From Catajapyx aquilonaris (Eukaryota): a stretch of 60,077 nt of DNA. Under the pieces are notes generated by a model. It saw only the letters and a program-made list of their open reading frames with translations. It was not told the origin of the DNA and ran no database searches. This document shows positions 10,113 to 24,262 of the stretch, piece after piece. Location of the stretch: NCBI GenBank assembly GCA_000934665.2, contig JYFJ02002276.1:1-60077 (forward strand). Direction: 5' to 3'. How positions within the stretch are numbered: position 1 is the first letter of the stretch; every line of letters begins with the position of its first letter. The position numbers were made by a program, and so were the translations under genes.

Positions 10113-13100
10113 ATTGTCATATTGTCATTCCTGTGTCCCAAATTTCCAAGAGCAATTATCAGTTATTGATAGCCTTTTATGCTCACATTATCTAGAGAAT
10201 GTTAAGCACTGCAGCAGATTACACAAACGATTTTCAACGGGTGGTCTGCCGGATTCCATCAGGTGCTCCGCAAAAGTTCAAAAAGCAATAATATATAGCC
10301 TCTATGAGTATATAGATTCATAAGGCCGTTATTATACGGTTTGTGCAAACTTACTCGCTAGAAATTATTAATCATGGATATTTTGCATTAATGTGCTCTG
10401 CAAGATTCGTACCCTGGAGGAAGGAAGGTTAAACTCTTCTAACTATACTCATGGCTACCAAATGCATATTTGCAGTGTAATGTTCCAAAAAGTAAATGAC
10501 TGCCCCTATACCATCGCAAGATTTCATTCTCTCAACAATTGTAATTACCTAACGTTGTTATCTTTTCCTAACTGCTCCATCAACCGCTATTCACATGGGG
10601 AACGGTCTTTTGAGTGCTGTACACCGCTCAGTACTTGTGCAATCGACTTGAAACTGGTTCAAATGTATGCGTCACAGCTGTGCGTTCCAATTGGTGTGGT
10701 GTGCACTTGCGTGGCGACCTCAATGCCAATCCCAAATGCCACCGGATATTTATTTTTTTGACTCAGTCCTCCCGTTGGTTAGATAGGTTCTGTACTGCTG
10801 GGATTGCATTTGGAAACATTGTGCAACATTCACTAACAGGAACAAGTGTATTACAAGACCACTGTACTATATCCAAGTACCGGAGACAATGCCATAGAAA
10901 ATCTATCACCACCACCAATATACATCCCATATATGCAGGCTTGTTTCTGATTTTTAAAAACACGCCATAAATAACAACACTTTTCTGGTACAATGAGCAA
11001 TTGAGCATTGGTTACATGGGTTACATATCTGACAAACATTGCAACATAATTATATAAATAACATATTAAACTACAAACAACAAATACTTTTTTAAAGTTC
11101 TTCCGTTCTGATTAGGTGTAACAAATAGTAATCAATCATGTGGGTTGTGCATAAAAGCCGGTTAACAAAAAAGACTTCATTTTAAAAACGTTTCCAACAA
11201 TGTCGTGCTCATATGGTAAATGATATTACGCGCCACTTTTCATTCGCTCGCAGTAAATTCGCCATTCACAGGACATGAAAAGAAACGCGAGGAGGATAAT
11301 TAGCCAATACTGAATATGACATAGCGGAGTAATGAGGGATCGAGGAGTTAACAGAGAGTAGCATAATTTGCTGGCAACACTACATGCAGGCCACTCTGCT
11401 TCGCTTGAAATGTTTAAAGCAGTCTCAACAAATCGCACACTTAATGTAAAAAATAAATACATGTCTTTTCCAAATTAGTGCTCCTTCACTGAACCTGTTA
11501 ACAAGTACCAAAAAAAGCTTATCTTTGTACAATCGATATTTCCGTGGAAAAGTAGGTTGCCCTGCGAAACGACTCCTGAAAAGGAAAATTTAAGAGAGCA
11601 ATTTTTAAGACAGCGTAGGCTTTAACGAGGCATTCAAGGGCCTCAATGTCAGTAACCGAAAGGCACTATAAGTTACAATCCTTACATTCAGGAGTAATGT
11701 ATGTGGCTGGGCTATTTCACTGCCAATAGGCCCTTACACACTACACTGTATTTAAAAACACAATAAAAATGACAAAAAACGCGACGGTAACAATGTATAA
11801 ATCTCTAGCTCTTGCACATGCTAATTACATATAATTAATCAGTCTTACGGTATTTGCTTTCTCAATGAAACCTGACAAATATCCTGCAGCATTTTAAAAT
11901 TCAGCTGAACGCTGCGCAAATGTCATTAGAAATGATAGATTCAATGGCAGGGTTTTCAATCATAATATTCCATCCATCTGTGCACTTACAACGAGCGTTG
12001 AAACTGATTGGAAAGCATACATTGTTAGAAAATCAGATAATTTGCCTAGGGTAAGAAACGGTTGCTGAATAGTTGAACCTTATGAAAATTCAGATTTTCA
12101 ATGGTAATGTGTTTTGCAATTTAAATTTTTCACTTCATGCGATAGCTAATAGGATCCCAATACTTGGAACAGTGTATATCACAAGGTATCAGTTGCAGGA
12201 CTACGTCACCCTGTGTTTAGGTCAAAGGAGTGCAGGTCGAAACCAAGGCCTGAATATTTTTCACCCTCATAATTAACCCTATATCAAGCCAACACGGATT
12301 GTACCAACCGTCGTAAAAGACACCAAGTGCCGAAAACACCTTCCGGTAATCTAAAGTTGCTCCTGAGCTAATTGCCACATTTTCCCCCCTTCCAACCTCA
12401 CACGGCTTTCATTATGAAAATATACTCCCCTCTTGTTTTACACTCATATTCATGCGTCAGGAATCTCGCAACATTCCCCAGACGATTATTCACTTCTCCA
12501 GATAAATTTCTACACAAGTAAATCCCCCCCCCCCCCTCGTTTACTTTTTGTACAGAAACTCAGACTGCTTCTTCTTTTTCTTCTCTGAGCAAGTTTCCGA
12601 GAAGCATTTTGCAATCCTGCAGTAGAAAGAGAAAGAAAGCTCCATGACGAGCTAGAGAAACGGGAAATAAGCTGTTAGAGAAGAAAGTATTAATCGAAGA
12701 CCAGACTGCTGGAAATTAGTCCGGAGGGAGAAATTGGTTCAAAATAAAAGCGAAGAAGCGATAACGAGAGATTGCTGCAAGAAATGAATAGGCAAGGAAA
12801 AAAAAACTCACCCAAAAAGTTTCATTTTGGGTAATTGGAAGTGCTTATCACCAGACGCGAATATTTTTTTTTATCTCAAGAGCTCTTCTGCCAACTTTTA
12901 TGAACCTCTTTCACGCAAACGTTCATACTTTTCAAAATGTAATTAGTTGCATTTACGCACGCAATACGTCTTATCTTCTATACCAGATACCTTCAACACT
13001 TATTCAATACATTATGGAATGATAACCGCTCAAGTGATTTAAGGCAGGTCTATTACGGAACACAAGCAAAATAAATCGTCTAATACTGTTTCCTAGAGGT

Positions 13101-14519
13101 CCGGCCGCCATTCGATCCCCGGTGCCGGCTATAGGTCATACAGGCCAATAATGGATGCAAGAAGGAAAGAGGAAAACGTCATTCCCCCCCCCCCCCNCCC
13201 CCCCAGCCAGTCAAATGGCGCCTTTGAATTTACCTTATTATGTTCTGAGTGGAAGACGAATTCTCCCTTTTCTTCTGTTTTTGTTTTCATTCGGTCCTTC
13301 CTTTCCCTTTAAAGTGATCAATATTTTAAGGGGCTTCTTCGTCAAATTCAGGCAAATATTTCAGTGGCTAATAAGAATAATTTCCTGTGACACACCGTTA
13401 TCAGATCACATATTGCGGCCTAATGTGATTGTGGACATTGCTTTTTTTGTAATATACCCTGTGAGTGCCACTACCTGCGGGCCAGTGAGGAATATGCAGA
13501 ACGCCTGCGCACTCACATGATATTGCAAAAAAAAAGTGCACTCAAAAATATTTCTCATTATCATACTGTAATATGAGTAAGGGGTAATTATTTAAGAAAG
13601 TAAAATGCTGGGTGTTGTTACGAAACACCCATTTTCTTACATTATATGCAACCGTCGAGTATTAAATGCACCGTGAATTATTTGTGCCCCATTTTCCTAA
13701 CGCCTCATCCGCCTTTAAAAGAAACGCGCAAAAAAATCTGCTCATATTCATCGCGGGTGATTTCAACTGGAGCAACTTTACACTAGGAAAAGAAGTGAGG
13801 AGAAAAACGCAGTGGACTTCCCCTTGTCATGCTTCCCAGAACAAAGTGCAGGCAATCAGGGAAATCCATGCAGTGGGCCGAAGAAAGATAAGAAATTAGT
13901 TCATTTTTTTCCTGGAGCTGCACTCCACTCCCTTTTCTTCTCTTCTCCCAACCCCCACTAGCATCCAACTCTTCTCAGGGGTTGTTACAAGCGTTCTCTT
14001 TCCCTAATGCGGATCTTCTGTCCGGGGACACCTAACGTCACTTAATCTCCTCGCCTTTAGCGACGTAGCAGTATTCCTGGGACGAAGAGCTGGGGAGGGA
14101 AACTCTTACGAGGGAGCATGACGAGGAAGATGGCGCAGTAGAGGAGGAAAAGAAGGAGGGGCGTCCTTTTTTTATATTCTGATATATTGGGTTGGGGATT
14201 TCCTTACCTACGTCCTCGTTTCTAAAGTGAAATGTTTAACCGTGAGACAATGGTGACGATTAAATGAAGGGTGAAAGTGGTCCCAGAAGCTTTTTGTATA
14301 ATTACGAGAGTGAGCTGTGGAATGCGACTGTCTTGACAACTTTCTTGGATCTGTAAGTTTAAGACAATGTACTTCGCAAGTATATTTACGGCAGTGGTTT
14401 GTGTACTTTTTAACGTTGAAAATTCGATGGCAGTAGCTTGTATTTATACGTCAGATGCATTCCAATATCGATTATATTTGATTGTTCGGGTTTTTCTCGA
14501 GTAATTTTGATATTCTTCT

Positions 14520-14850
14520 TAGCCACTGTGAAGAATACGTAGCATATGTTTCCGGGTATAAAGTACCATAATATTACCTGATCTCGATGTAACTTGGAAC
14601 ATTTTTATATAATTTTATTTATAAGACAGTCCTGTTGTACGCATATGGTGTGGCTTACATTATCCTTCTTATTGATTTCTGACAAATCAATATCCAGTGT
14701 AAAATTCATTCTTCGTTCAGATCGATGCATCTCTAATCTAACTCCGAAATATGACACAATATCCTCCCATTGCGCGCAATCTCCGTACACTGAGTATTTA
14801 ACCCCATTCCTTGCTTGTATAACGCCCTTGGTAATTACATCTCTACGTCA
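14520..14850 (-). pseudogene. Possible heavily decayed non-LTR retrotransposon (LINE) reverse-transcriptase C-terminal fragment
   Basis: The ORF at 14605-14790 contains WEDIVSYFGVRL..ERRMNF, which resembles the W..VKYLGV.LD..L.F motif of LINE RTs. Downstream frames give GLS/NKII and PETYA...W, loosely like the LS..NK.LIYK and P.LTYA..W motifs. The region is frameshifted, and the match is from memory only. Confidence 0.35.
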
Positions 14851-17800
14851 ACTCCCTCTCGTCAAATCCCGGCGGCACTAACAGAAACTAGAATCAAAAA
14901 GGAAGGATTCCGCTTGTGAACTATCGTCACCTCGAAATTCGTCTGCAGAAATGAAGAACCGATGCAACTTTGTCACTCTACAGGCAGCATCAGGCTGCTG
15001 TGAAACTCGACGAACACTTAACTCGGGCTGCTCCATCGGAAAACCCTACGGCTATCGTTAGCTCTTATCCCCTTGTAGTAAACGACTAGGAGGCGCTCGG
15101 CATCAGATTGGGTTCGGTTCAGCACTCTCGAAACACCCCTCAAGCCACGCCTCGGGGGTTGTGAGGGTGGAAGTAGGGGGACTGGAGGGTGGCAGCTCAA
15201 TATTCCCGCGCGGTCTTGTTTTCAGGCGCCCTTTCTATTCCCGGTACCCCGACTTCTCATAGACTCAATACCCCTCTATTCTCTTTAGTCCGCACGGGTT
15301 TTCCAGCCTGTTAAGCCTCGGAATTGCAGGGAGTGGGGGGGAACTCTGGAGCATTTTAGGCTGGGCGTCAGGTTTTCAAATCGTGGTTCAATCATCCAAA
15401 CGTGTCATGGAGACATATTACAGTCCATTTATCCCGTATATTTGCCAGTGTTGAACAATTTTCATGCCTTTGTTCAAGCTCTTTGCTGTGTGTCAGGATT
15501 ATTATCAATTGGTTCGGCCTGAACGTGGCGGTCAAAAATTCGAGGCCTTATTGCTGTCGGGATGACGTAGGGGACATGATAATGCGCAGGGTATCACACA
15601 ATTTTGGGGATGACTAGTAGTATTCCTGTGTCCCCTAGTTTTGGCAAAATTTCAAGGAGTATTACAATGATGCAAAAAGTGGCCAGAAAGAGTAGGCTAC
15701 TGGGGTTGGGATACTTTTTCATGCATTCATGAGATTATTGCAATGCTTATTCAACTAGGAAAGATTCAGGTGTGTTCTATAGTGGGGATAATGTTTTAAC
15801 GTGACGTCTGTAAAACAAAAATAGGGTATGTTTAGCTGTGCACAAGTTCTCAAATGTTAAAACATTCGAAATAAGCAACAAAATAAATTGGTTTGCTCCC
15901 ATAGCGTTGTAGCCATTTCATTAGCGATGGTGCAAAAAAATGAACTCTGCGCCAAAAAGTTCTGTATGACGCATTTTGATAAGCACAGTGAAAAAATAAT
16001 GGCAAATGCTCCAGTATTCATACTGCAAAATAAACTCCTTTAGGGTACTTGGATTCTATATATTCAAGGTATTCATATATGGTTTTGTTAAAAATTGGAC
16101 TGTACGTGCGCGATATTGAGCTAGAAAAAAGGTCGACGATATAATCACTTTAATAAGAAAAATAAATTGAACTCCGTCATTCTTCTTTATTCTGTCATAA
16201 AGAAAAATTAACTTACTGCAGGTTTTTGTTCGTCAAAACCATGAACTGCACTAGACATGTTCAATAGCAGAATCGATGCGGTACCTCTGCCTATAGGAGA
16301 CTTCATAGAGATCCAAAGGGACGCTTAGATTAGCAAACCATTCAGGCTGAAAGGGTGCTACTAACTGCCTTGTTGTAGTGTGAGCAATTACAAAATGCAA
16401 GGTATATCCGTCGCAATTATCGGGTAGGATGGCTCTCATGGAACTGGACCCTATAACTCCTGGTAATTATGATGGTAAGTTTGGCTTATTTCCTGGCTAC
16501 TTTCGTACGTGTGTTATTAAATCAAAGTGTTAAAAATTAACACGAATACACATATTCTAAAATTGAATTAGTGCAATCCACCAGTCAACAGTATAGTGTA
16601 TTACGCATTCATGTATTAGTATTCCACATTGCAACTATAAAAACACGTAATTACATCACACTGGTCAAGAGTCGCTATGAAAGTAAAATAGTTCACTACA
16701 TGAAATAATATATAAGTAACCTAACATCCACATTTTATTTTCTAATTTGGTTTAATTTTTTCAAAATTTGTTCTATTGCGTATAAGTCTGTGTATTGCTT
16801 ATGGGAATCTCCTAAGCAATTACTATTATATTGTTAATTAGGTCCTACTTTGTCAGTATAACTTTAAGTTTAAACTTGAGCGATGAGAGTAGATGTTAAA
16901 ACATTGAATATGTTACAAAAGCGAAAACCCGGAGTTTCTTTCCTTTCCTATTCATCGGTTTAAGAATTGAACCGATCTCTCAGGACTACCGTAGTTCAAC
17001 AATCGGGCATCTAAATCTCGGAAGGCAGTTAGAGACTTCGCTTTGGACAAATTGTTTACTCCATACGTCGACCAAACTAGGTCTCTGAGGGAAACCCTTC
17101 CAGCCAAGACTTCCAACCGAAGATATCAGTTAGGGAACCGCGGAAAGGAAAACAGTCGATCCGTGAACCTAAACAAGTCCGCTGAGCATATATTCACGAT
17201 TCAAACACTTGGATCGTGACTCTGGGAAGATGCTAAACAATTTACGTGGCATAAAAGCCACGCATGTACAAAGCTTTAAAACAAAACGAGGGGAAAACTC
17301 GGAAGCAACCAGTAAAGAGGCTGGAGCAACAGACGGCACCTCTACAAACTGTTTCACGACCTTGCTTCGCTAGATGACAACCTTTTCTACAGCTTTCCGC
17401 CTTGATGAGCTGATTCTCCTATTTTTTGCCCACTGGCTCTTTTTAACTGCACCCCCTCCATCGGCTACATCCCGGCACACCCTACCACACCCCCTAAAAC
17501 TGTGCTGCCGTTCGCCAAATTGGAAGCCATTCTTTTCGTTCGGGATTAAACGCGCGTGTTCACTCGTCAGAGCAGCATCGTCAGGACAATACAGAGCACT
17601 GTTGCCATGCAAGAACGACCTAAGAAGATTGAAACGTGTCTCTGATTTTCACGCTACACGGGCAGGAAATGGCGCCGACTATAGCAGAGACACCTAGTGA
17701 GACGCACTCACTATCAGTCCTGACTCGTGTGCACAGCGTTGGGAATCGTGCTGCTACCTCCTCCACCCTCCCTCCTCCCCAAGGGAGCTTTCCCTGCACG

Positions 17801-20379
17801 TATCAGACGAGCACTATGGATGGAATGGAACCCCATTATTCCCCATCAGGGGCGGGGCCTGGCAAAGCCAAGTCTTCGTTAACATGCACGCACAGGAATC
17901 ATTTGACGTTTGGTCCTAATGTACTTGCTGTTGGTTTTACAGAGCAAGTCAAAGCGCTATATCTTTGCTTCCGAGGGGGAATTTGGCCGCCGATCAATTT
18001 GGAGAATCAGTTATGACAGTGCTTTGAAGATGTGGACAGTTGTTTATTTACACGTCAAATGAAGTGATGTGTGATTACCGCATCAATATTATTGCACTAT
18101 TTTTAAGTGGATTAGCCTACATGGTGGGATATAGAAACCACTAACAGCGTGAAACAAATAGTTAATAATGGCACTGCTGTCAGAGGGAATTATTAAAGAA
18201 AGGCATTTGTTCTCCTATGGGTACAGAACCTGCAGAATATTGTGAAATGTTATTGAAAGTCTACTACTTCTGGTTACGTCTCTGGAATATCACAAAGGCT
18301 TTCAGTCATAGTAGCCGTCTCACAATACTTCGCTGAGAAAGGCAGGATAATGCCTTTCTTTCCTACCCAATTTGTATGTCAGAATATTTTCAGAAGGACT
18401 GGAAGCAAAGAATTTATGCAGCATAAAGTGGAAATTAAGCTAATTACCGTCGACTCAATGGGAAAGAAATGCTGAAAGAACCGCTTGTATTTTAAAATCA
18501 GACTTTAGTAACTGTATACCTACCGCCAATAATATATTGTCTGGGCGACGCGACGTTCCGGATAAGAGCCAATACAAACACCTGGACGTATATAATCCAA
18601 AAATAATTGAAGACTAAAATTGGCCGGGCAAGCTAGGAAATTCCGCGGATTCTTTAATATAACGTTAGCGCCGTTAGAGGGAAGAAATACGAACACAACG
18701 AGGTGATAAACTGCTCCATCTGGAGATGATATGTGGCTCCTCTTCCTCGCCGTGACTAGCATTTGCTTCTCGACGAATTAAAACATCTCAATCCATTAAG
18801 GATCCAGACAACGCGGCCCTCTTCTCCACTTCCCCGCCTGGTTTAAGCTCCGGGAACTGCAACTTCCTCGACGGAAGGCAGATTTTTCATCCCAGCATCA
18901 TCAGAGAGCACGGAATGAATTTTAAACGTCACATGCAAATAGATACACGAATATGAAATGAAATTAATTAATTGGCCGAACATCAGTTGAATTTTAATGA
19001 GAGAGACATCTTGGATGATGAAATATTCTTTTCCTGTGCCTCGCTTTTGAGAAACTGAGACATTATTTTGCACTGAAGACTCAGAAATCAATACTGGGCC
19101 CTAAATGAAAATGTGCAGATCACTTCCATCCCTCCCGGGTGTATAGAGAGTACTAAATAATTACTAAATAATCATGAAATATGAACAACTTAATAACCAC
19201 CATCACACGGAATATGACGAATTATTCACGAATTATATTTAAAAATCCGCGCACAAAGGCACAGCAGCAGTGGAAAAAAAAATCTGAATAATACAGCATG
19301 GTTTGCGCAGGTTAATTGAACATGACCCGCATATCACAACCTTACATTACAAAAGCAGATTCTTGGCCAGACGGCATGGATTTCTCACAGCTAGACTGTG
19401 ACGAGCTTTCCTTTGGTGACGAAATTCCTCTAAGGCCTGGGAATTACGCTTCACCTGCGATACAAGCGCCTTGATCGCTCTCTTCTCCTGCTTGGGCGGA
19501 ATCCATCTCCCACAGCTTGCCAGGGAGAACCGAATCCGGGAGAGACCCGCAAAGGAGGATAAGGCCATTGGCAGCAGGGACAGAAACCTAGTGTGACAGT
19601 CCGGCCAAACGAGCCAAAAAGAGGCTGAAGGATGACGAAGCCAAGAAGGGGACTGACAACCAAGACTAATAGGATTGCAAGGCCCTGTGGCCTTTTCCAA
19701 CTCTTTTTCCCCTCCTCAACTACCTTTTTGTTCTTTTCACCTGACAGATTGGCCAGATTCTCTGCCGGATAGAATCTACTTGCCAGATCTACCTCTCCCT
19801 TTCGCCAAGCGCGTCTTTTCTGGCGTAAGGAGGTGAGTTCACTCATGCCTAAATGTTTCTTGCACTAGAGGATTCCTTTTGCAAAGATGGACACGGCATT
19901 TAAGAGGTAGGGCAGCAGTATGTAAATAACCAACGGTAAAGCTTAGACCTACATATTGATACAAACTAAACAAATGAAGCATTACTATGGACTGTACTAT
20001 GCCATCATTTTTATTAAGATTATATGTTGTCCCATCCCGCATGCAATATTACCCAACAGTAATTCGAATTAACATAACCAATCGCATGGCCAGGTTACTT
20101 CAAGTAATGCTAAGTCCGCTGGCAGTACAAAAACTTAAATGTGTTCTCCACTCAATCCATTATGTCTGCCAAGCATGGTACTTCCACCTACTTTTTTCGT
20201 ATGACAGAGACCACTCCTCTACATGCCCTGACAGAGTCATTGGTCGTGTAGAGCAACAAATACATAAAGCGTGTAAAAAGACAGGACCAGTTTGGTTGCC
20301 AAAAGATTACCATGTCGTGTCTCTGTTCATGTGTTGGGCTAGAAAACTGTACGTGATAACAAGATTTTAAAACAAACAG

Positions 20380-20580
20380 GACTTCAAAGGGTGTCAGGTG
20401 AAAACCTCGGGAGAAGAAAGATCAAGGTCCACTTTTTGTCAAAAATGAGTTACTTGTTTATTTACTATTTAGTTATTTTATTTATTTTACCCCGTGATAG
20501 GAACCTTATGGGCCTTCGAAATTTAAAATTAGAATATCTGTTTCACCTGAGGTGGACCTTGAAGGTTCTTCCTCCGAGGT
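20380..20580. repeat. Degenerate inverted repeat built from a ~40-bp unit (possible MITE relic)
   Basis: The reverse complement of 20540-20580 is ACCTCGGAGGAAGAACCTTCAAGGTCCACCTCAGGTGAAAC. The left side (20394-20432) reads TCAGGTGAAAACCTCGGGAGAAGAAAGATCAAGGTCCAC, which has the same blocks in permuted order. Confidence 0.55.
20451..20518 (-). mobile_element. 3'-tail-only fragment of a retroposon sharing the family A/C tail
   Basis: The minus strand reads GGCCCATAAGGTTCCTATCACGGGGTAAAATAAATAAAATAA. The ATCACGGGGTA block is identical to the tail of the SINE at 30183-30544 and is followed by a degenerate (TAAA)n tail. Confidence 0.55.
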
Positions 20581-23528
20581 CAAAGAGAATTACTGGACTT
20601 TTTTCTGCAAACACACCATCACGAAGAGAAGAGAAAGTGGTCTATGTGACCCTCCTCCACTTCAAAAACCAACAATGCTGTGCCCTGAAACTGGTAAACA
20701 AACTGGAAAAAACATAGGTGTACTATGCGTATCAATTCCATTTCAATTGATGGATTAATGCCATCGATACGGAACATAACAGTGACGGCAGGGATTATGA
20801 TGAATTTCATTTTAAAATGCAATATTAGGTTAAAAATTATTTAATATTATAAATTAAAGTCGAGCAGCATTATTTAGTTAACTGTTAATAAAACAAACAA
20901 ATATGAATTGGTCAGTGGTTTCCGGCCTTTGTGGATAACCAATCATAATCATATGAAAAATATAAATTCTATTGCAAAACAGCACGCAAATCCAAGTAAT
21001 AATTTTGATATACTGTAAAGTATTTTAGTTGGATGGAAACCTATGCCGGATTTTCTGTGACTCACGTCAATCATCTCATGTATCGTACAGTCTGTTGCCA
21101 TATCCACAGCTTCGTTACTTAAATCCATATAGTCCAATCACAATTAAATATTTTGATATTATCGTTTAATTCTTCTAATGAAGTTACGTCCGTTTGGATA
21201 TAAACTCTTCATATTCTGCAGTTATCCGTTTGTGCAACCGGCCTTAAGTTATATATTGGGTACCTCGATAACTATGATAATTTAAAAGATAATCAGTAAA
21301 CATTATTTTCTATTCATAGTTACAACACATGATTACCACCACCTAACTCTGGATAACCTCTAATCACATTCGGTATTTTGCACGTGTAATTGGCAGCAAT
21401 GCCCGCATGGATATTACGGAATTATTTTACTCGCCAGTACAAATTCATCTTCATAAACAACTCTGTGGGGGATTCACCTATCAAAATATTGACAAAAATT
21501 CTTACTGACAGTGCTGTTTTGTACTCAAATGATTCCCGACTCTGCAAAGTTTCCCAGTTGGAAAATGCGCTGCCCTATTACATTGGAGTGATCTGGAGCC
21601 AATATTGGGATAAAAGTGAGCGTCGATAAACGGCACCTGAACCCCCATGTGAATAAAAGCGGGGAGTTGGGGGTGCGGCCATACGCAGTGGTGGGTAACA
21701 ACATTTGTCCTGGGAAATTTCCGGTCCAGAATTGCAGCTGACACAAATAACATCCTCCGTGCACCCAAGTCAACAGGGCGCTGTTGAAGCAGGGCGCGAA
21801 AACATTCTTGGCGTTCATTGACTTACATCACTCCGGGGGAAACGGGCTGTCGGGACGGTTTTTGGGAGGGAAACCTCTCTCCGGAGTTGCCTTTTTCCTG
21901 CCGAGAAGAAACCACCGAGTCTAAACTTAAATCCAGTTTCCTCATCAGATCCACAGTAACCGCGGGTGTTGGATGCGAGGTGAGCTCCATTCCTACCTCC
22001 CTTCCGCCCCATTCCTCCAGAACCCATCCTCTTATTGGCCACACTTAACCCTTGGCCTCTGCCACCCCTCTGGTATAAGCCATGCTCCTAAGCCACCTCA
22101 TCAGTCTTTTCCACTGCTGGAATCGCCTAGGTGATTTCCAAGCCACGGCTCCACCGGCCAGCTTGTGCCCAATCGGCATTTGCCCAGGAGAGAGACATTT
22201 GAGCTGAAGAATGTGCTAACGTAGGGGGAAACGATGGTAAAAAGGAGGCCACACTAACCAACCGATTTTGGAGAAATTCCTTTTGTGCTACCCATGCAAT
22301 TTTCAGTCCGGAAATTTATCGCCTTTTGAGATATCTAATCATTATCGGTCATCATTTCTATCACACTCGATGGGTCATTAGCTAGCATATTAATAGTACT
22401 ATCCCTTATCCCGTTTGAAAAATATCATGCAGAATAAGTGATGCGTGTTCGGAATTTATTGATTGTCATTGACAATATTGAGGAAAAAGCGAGTCTGAAC
22501 GATTGTAATAATTATCGTAGAACGTCAGATATTTTTTCCCCTTTTCCAGTAGGTTGGCAGCCATGTAAATTCCCGCTCATTAATTTACTTCTGTTTTTCT
22601 AAATTCCTGCGCTAATTGCATGAAAAATTCATTTGGCCGCCGCCCAGTTTTAATTAAAGATCCTTCGGACTTTGCCACATTTCATCACGTGTCATCAAGC
22701 AGAACACGGGGTGTGGAGAGAGCCCTGTCCTTCCCCACCCCCTCCACCTCCCCACCCTGCATCCAACAATTTCACCAATGTCTACGCATACAAACCTATG
22801 ACTAGCAACCACACAATCAGCGAAATGCAGGTTTGATCTATCTCCGTCAGCTGCACCAGTGATTCCCATCGTTCATGGGATCCTCGGATGGCCATTAGGC
22901 TAATTCGGGAGATCCATTGTCGTTATGGAAAGCACCCTTTTCGGTGCGGTTACATTGCAGCACCACCCTAGAGGAAATGCCCTTTAAGGATCCGGATTTT
23001 ACAACCGGCCGAGGGGCATCAAAAAAGTTGCGAGGCAATTGAAAAAGGAGGAAAATCACCTCAAAGCGAGAGCAGTTATCTGATGTCTGGCTGATGAGAT
23101 CAGGAACACTCGATCTATTTCAGGGGGAGCGCTAGTGTCTCTTAATTAGAATTAAATGTTAACAGAGTGAGGAGACTGGGCGATTCGGCTGAGATTCCCG
23201 GTAGCTGATTGGTTGGAAACTTTGCCTGGTCATTTTCAGTCCGCTCTGAAGAGGAACGGGCCATGTTCCACCTATATGGCCTCATGTGTTACATGACGCA
23301 GTTTCGAGAAACTGCTCTACTTATACTGCCTTTGGCGGAGCTGTCTGCCCCAGTGGTACTGCCGCTGTAAAATGCGTAGGCTGCTTATGTTTTTACAGGA
23401 CACCTGTAATAGGATTACGGCATCGCAGCCAGGCTGGGATAACACATTAAAATGCGCCGGAAATATTGTCGGGAATTTACGCATGTTGGTTTGAAAACAC
23501 TCTCGGCCTTCTTTACTATATAGGGTCT

Positions 23529-23969
23529 GAGGGTGAAGAGAAACTCGCTGACAATCGTCAGGTAGCCTGATAGTACTCGCAAAACTAATAAAGAGGATGT
23601 GCAATTAGTTTTGGGCGCAGTTGCGTAGTTAATGCGTACGGCGCCGTCAAAGTTTCGCGACGTCACATCCGTTCCGCCAGCTTCAAAGAAGCAAAAGCCG
23701 CAAAAGCCAGCTCGAGGGCCTCCGAACAATCCAGCCATGGGTCCGTAACACATCGTCCATGTGCAATAGGTGATCAAATCCCGTCAGAGTAAGAATCAGC
23801 ACTTTGTCGTTTTTATCTCATATTTTACCATCCGGCCCTCTACACTTCAAAGTCTCCGTACGCATTAACTACGCAACGGCGCCTAAAATTAATTGCACAT
23901 CCCTATATTAGTTTTACGAGTACTATCAGTCTATACCTGGCGATTGTCTGCGAGTTTCCTTTCACCCTG
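23529..23969. mobile_element. Tc1/mariner-type MITE (~440 bp) with ~115-bp imperfect TIRs
   Basis: AGGGTGAA..AAACTCGC.GACAATCG.CAGGTA..CTGATAGTACTCG.AAAACTAATA..GTTGCGTAGTTAATGCGTACGG (23530-23641) is mirrored at ~23856-23969. The right end is TTCACCCTG followed by TA, and the left TA is degenerate. Confidence 0.85.
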
Positions 23970-24087
23970 TATAAATGTTGTGTTTGTCATACCATATTAC
24001 GTAGTAATGCGTTAATTTGATCAAAAGTAATGATGAGTAGGTCTATAGAATGTGTTTTATGATAGTCAAATAACTTGCANNNNNNNN

Positions 24088-24262
24088 CCCCCCCCCCCCC
24101 CGAGTGTTAGTAGGTGTCGAAAAAAACCTTCGCGATGAAATTTCCTATAAAACATTTATTATTTTAAAAAATTGTAGTATTTTTTTCATTTATAAAAATT
24201 ACCGCGGCCACGCGCAACCCCCCGGAAAAGTGTATTCGCAACCTCCAGGTTGGGAACCACTG
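24088..24262. mobile_element. One end of a hAT/Charlie-like non-autonomous element; the other end is missing or lies in the N gap
   Basis: The segment ends in GGTTGGGAACCACTG (reverse complement CAGTGGTTCCCAACC, a typical Charlie-type TIR), followed by GTCTA. It abuts the assembly gap at 24080-24087. Confidence 0.6.

Noticed and set aside
14072..14182. Acidic peptide YSWDEELGRETLTREHDEEDGAVEEEKKEG as a terminal exon
   Set aside because: The acceptor is weak, there is no homology, and purine-rich low complexity explains the composition.
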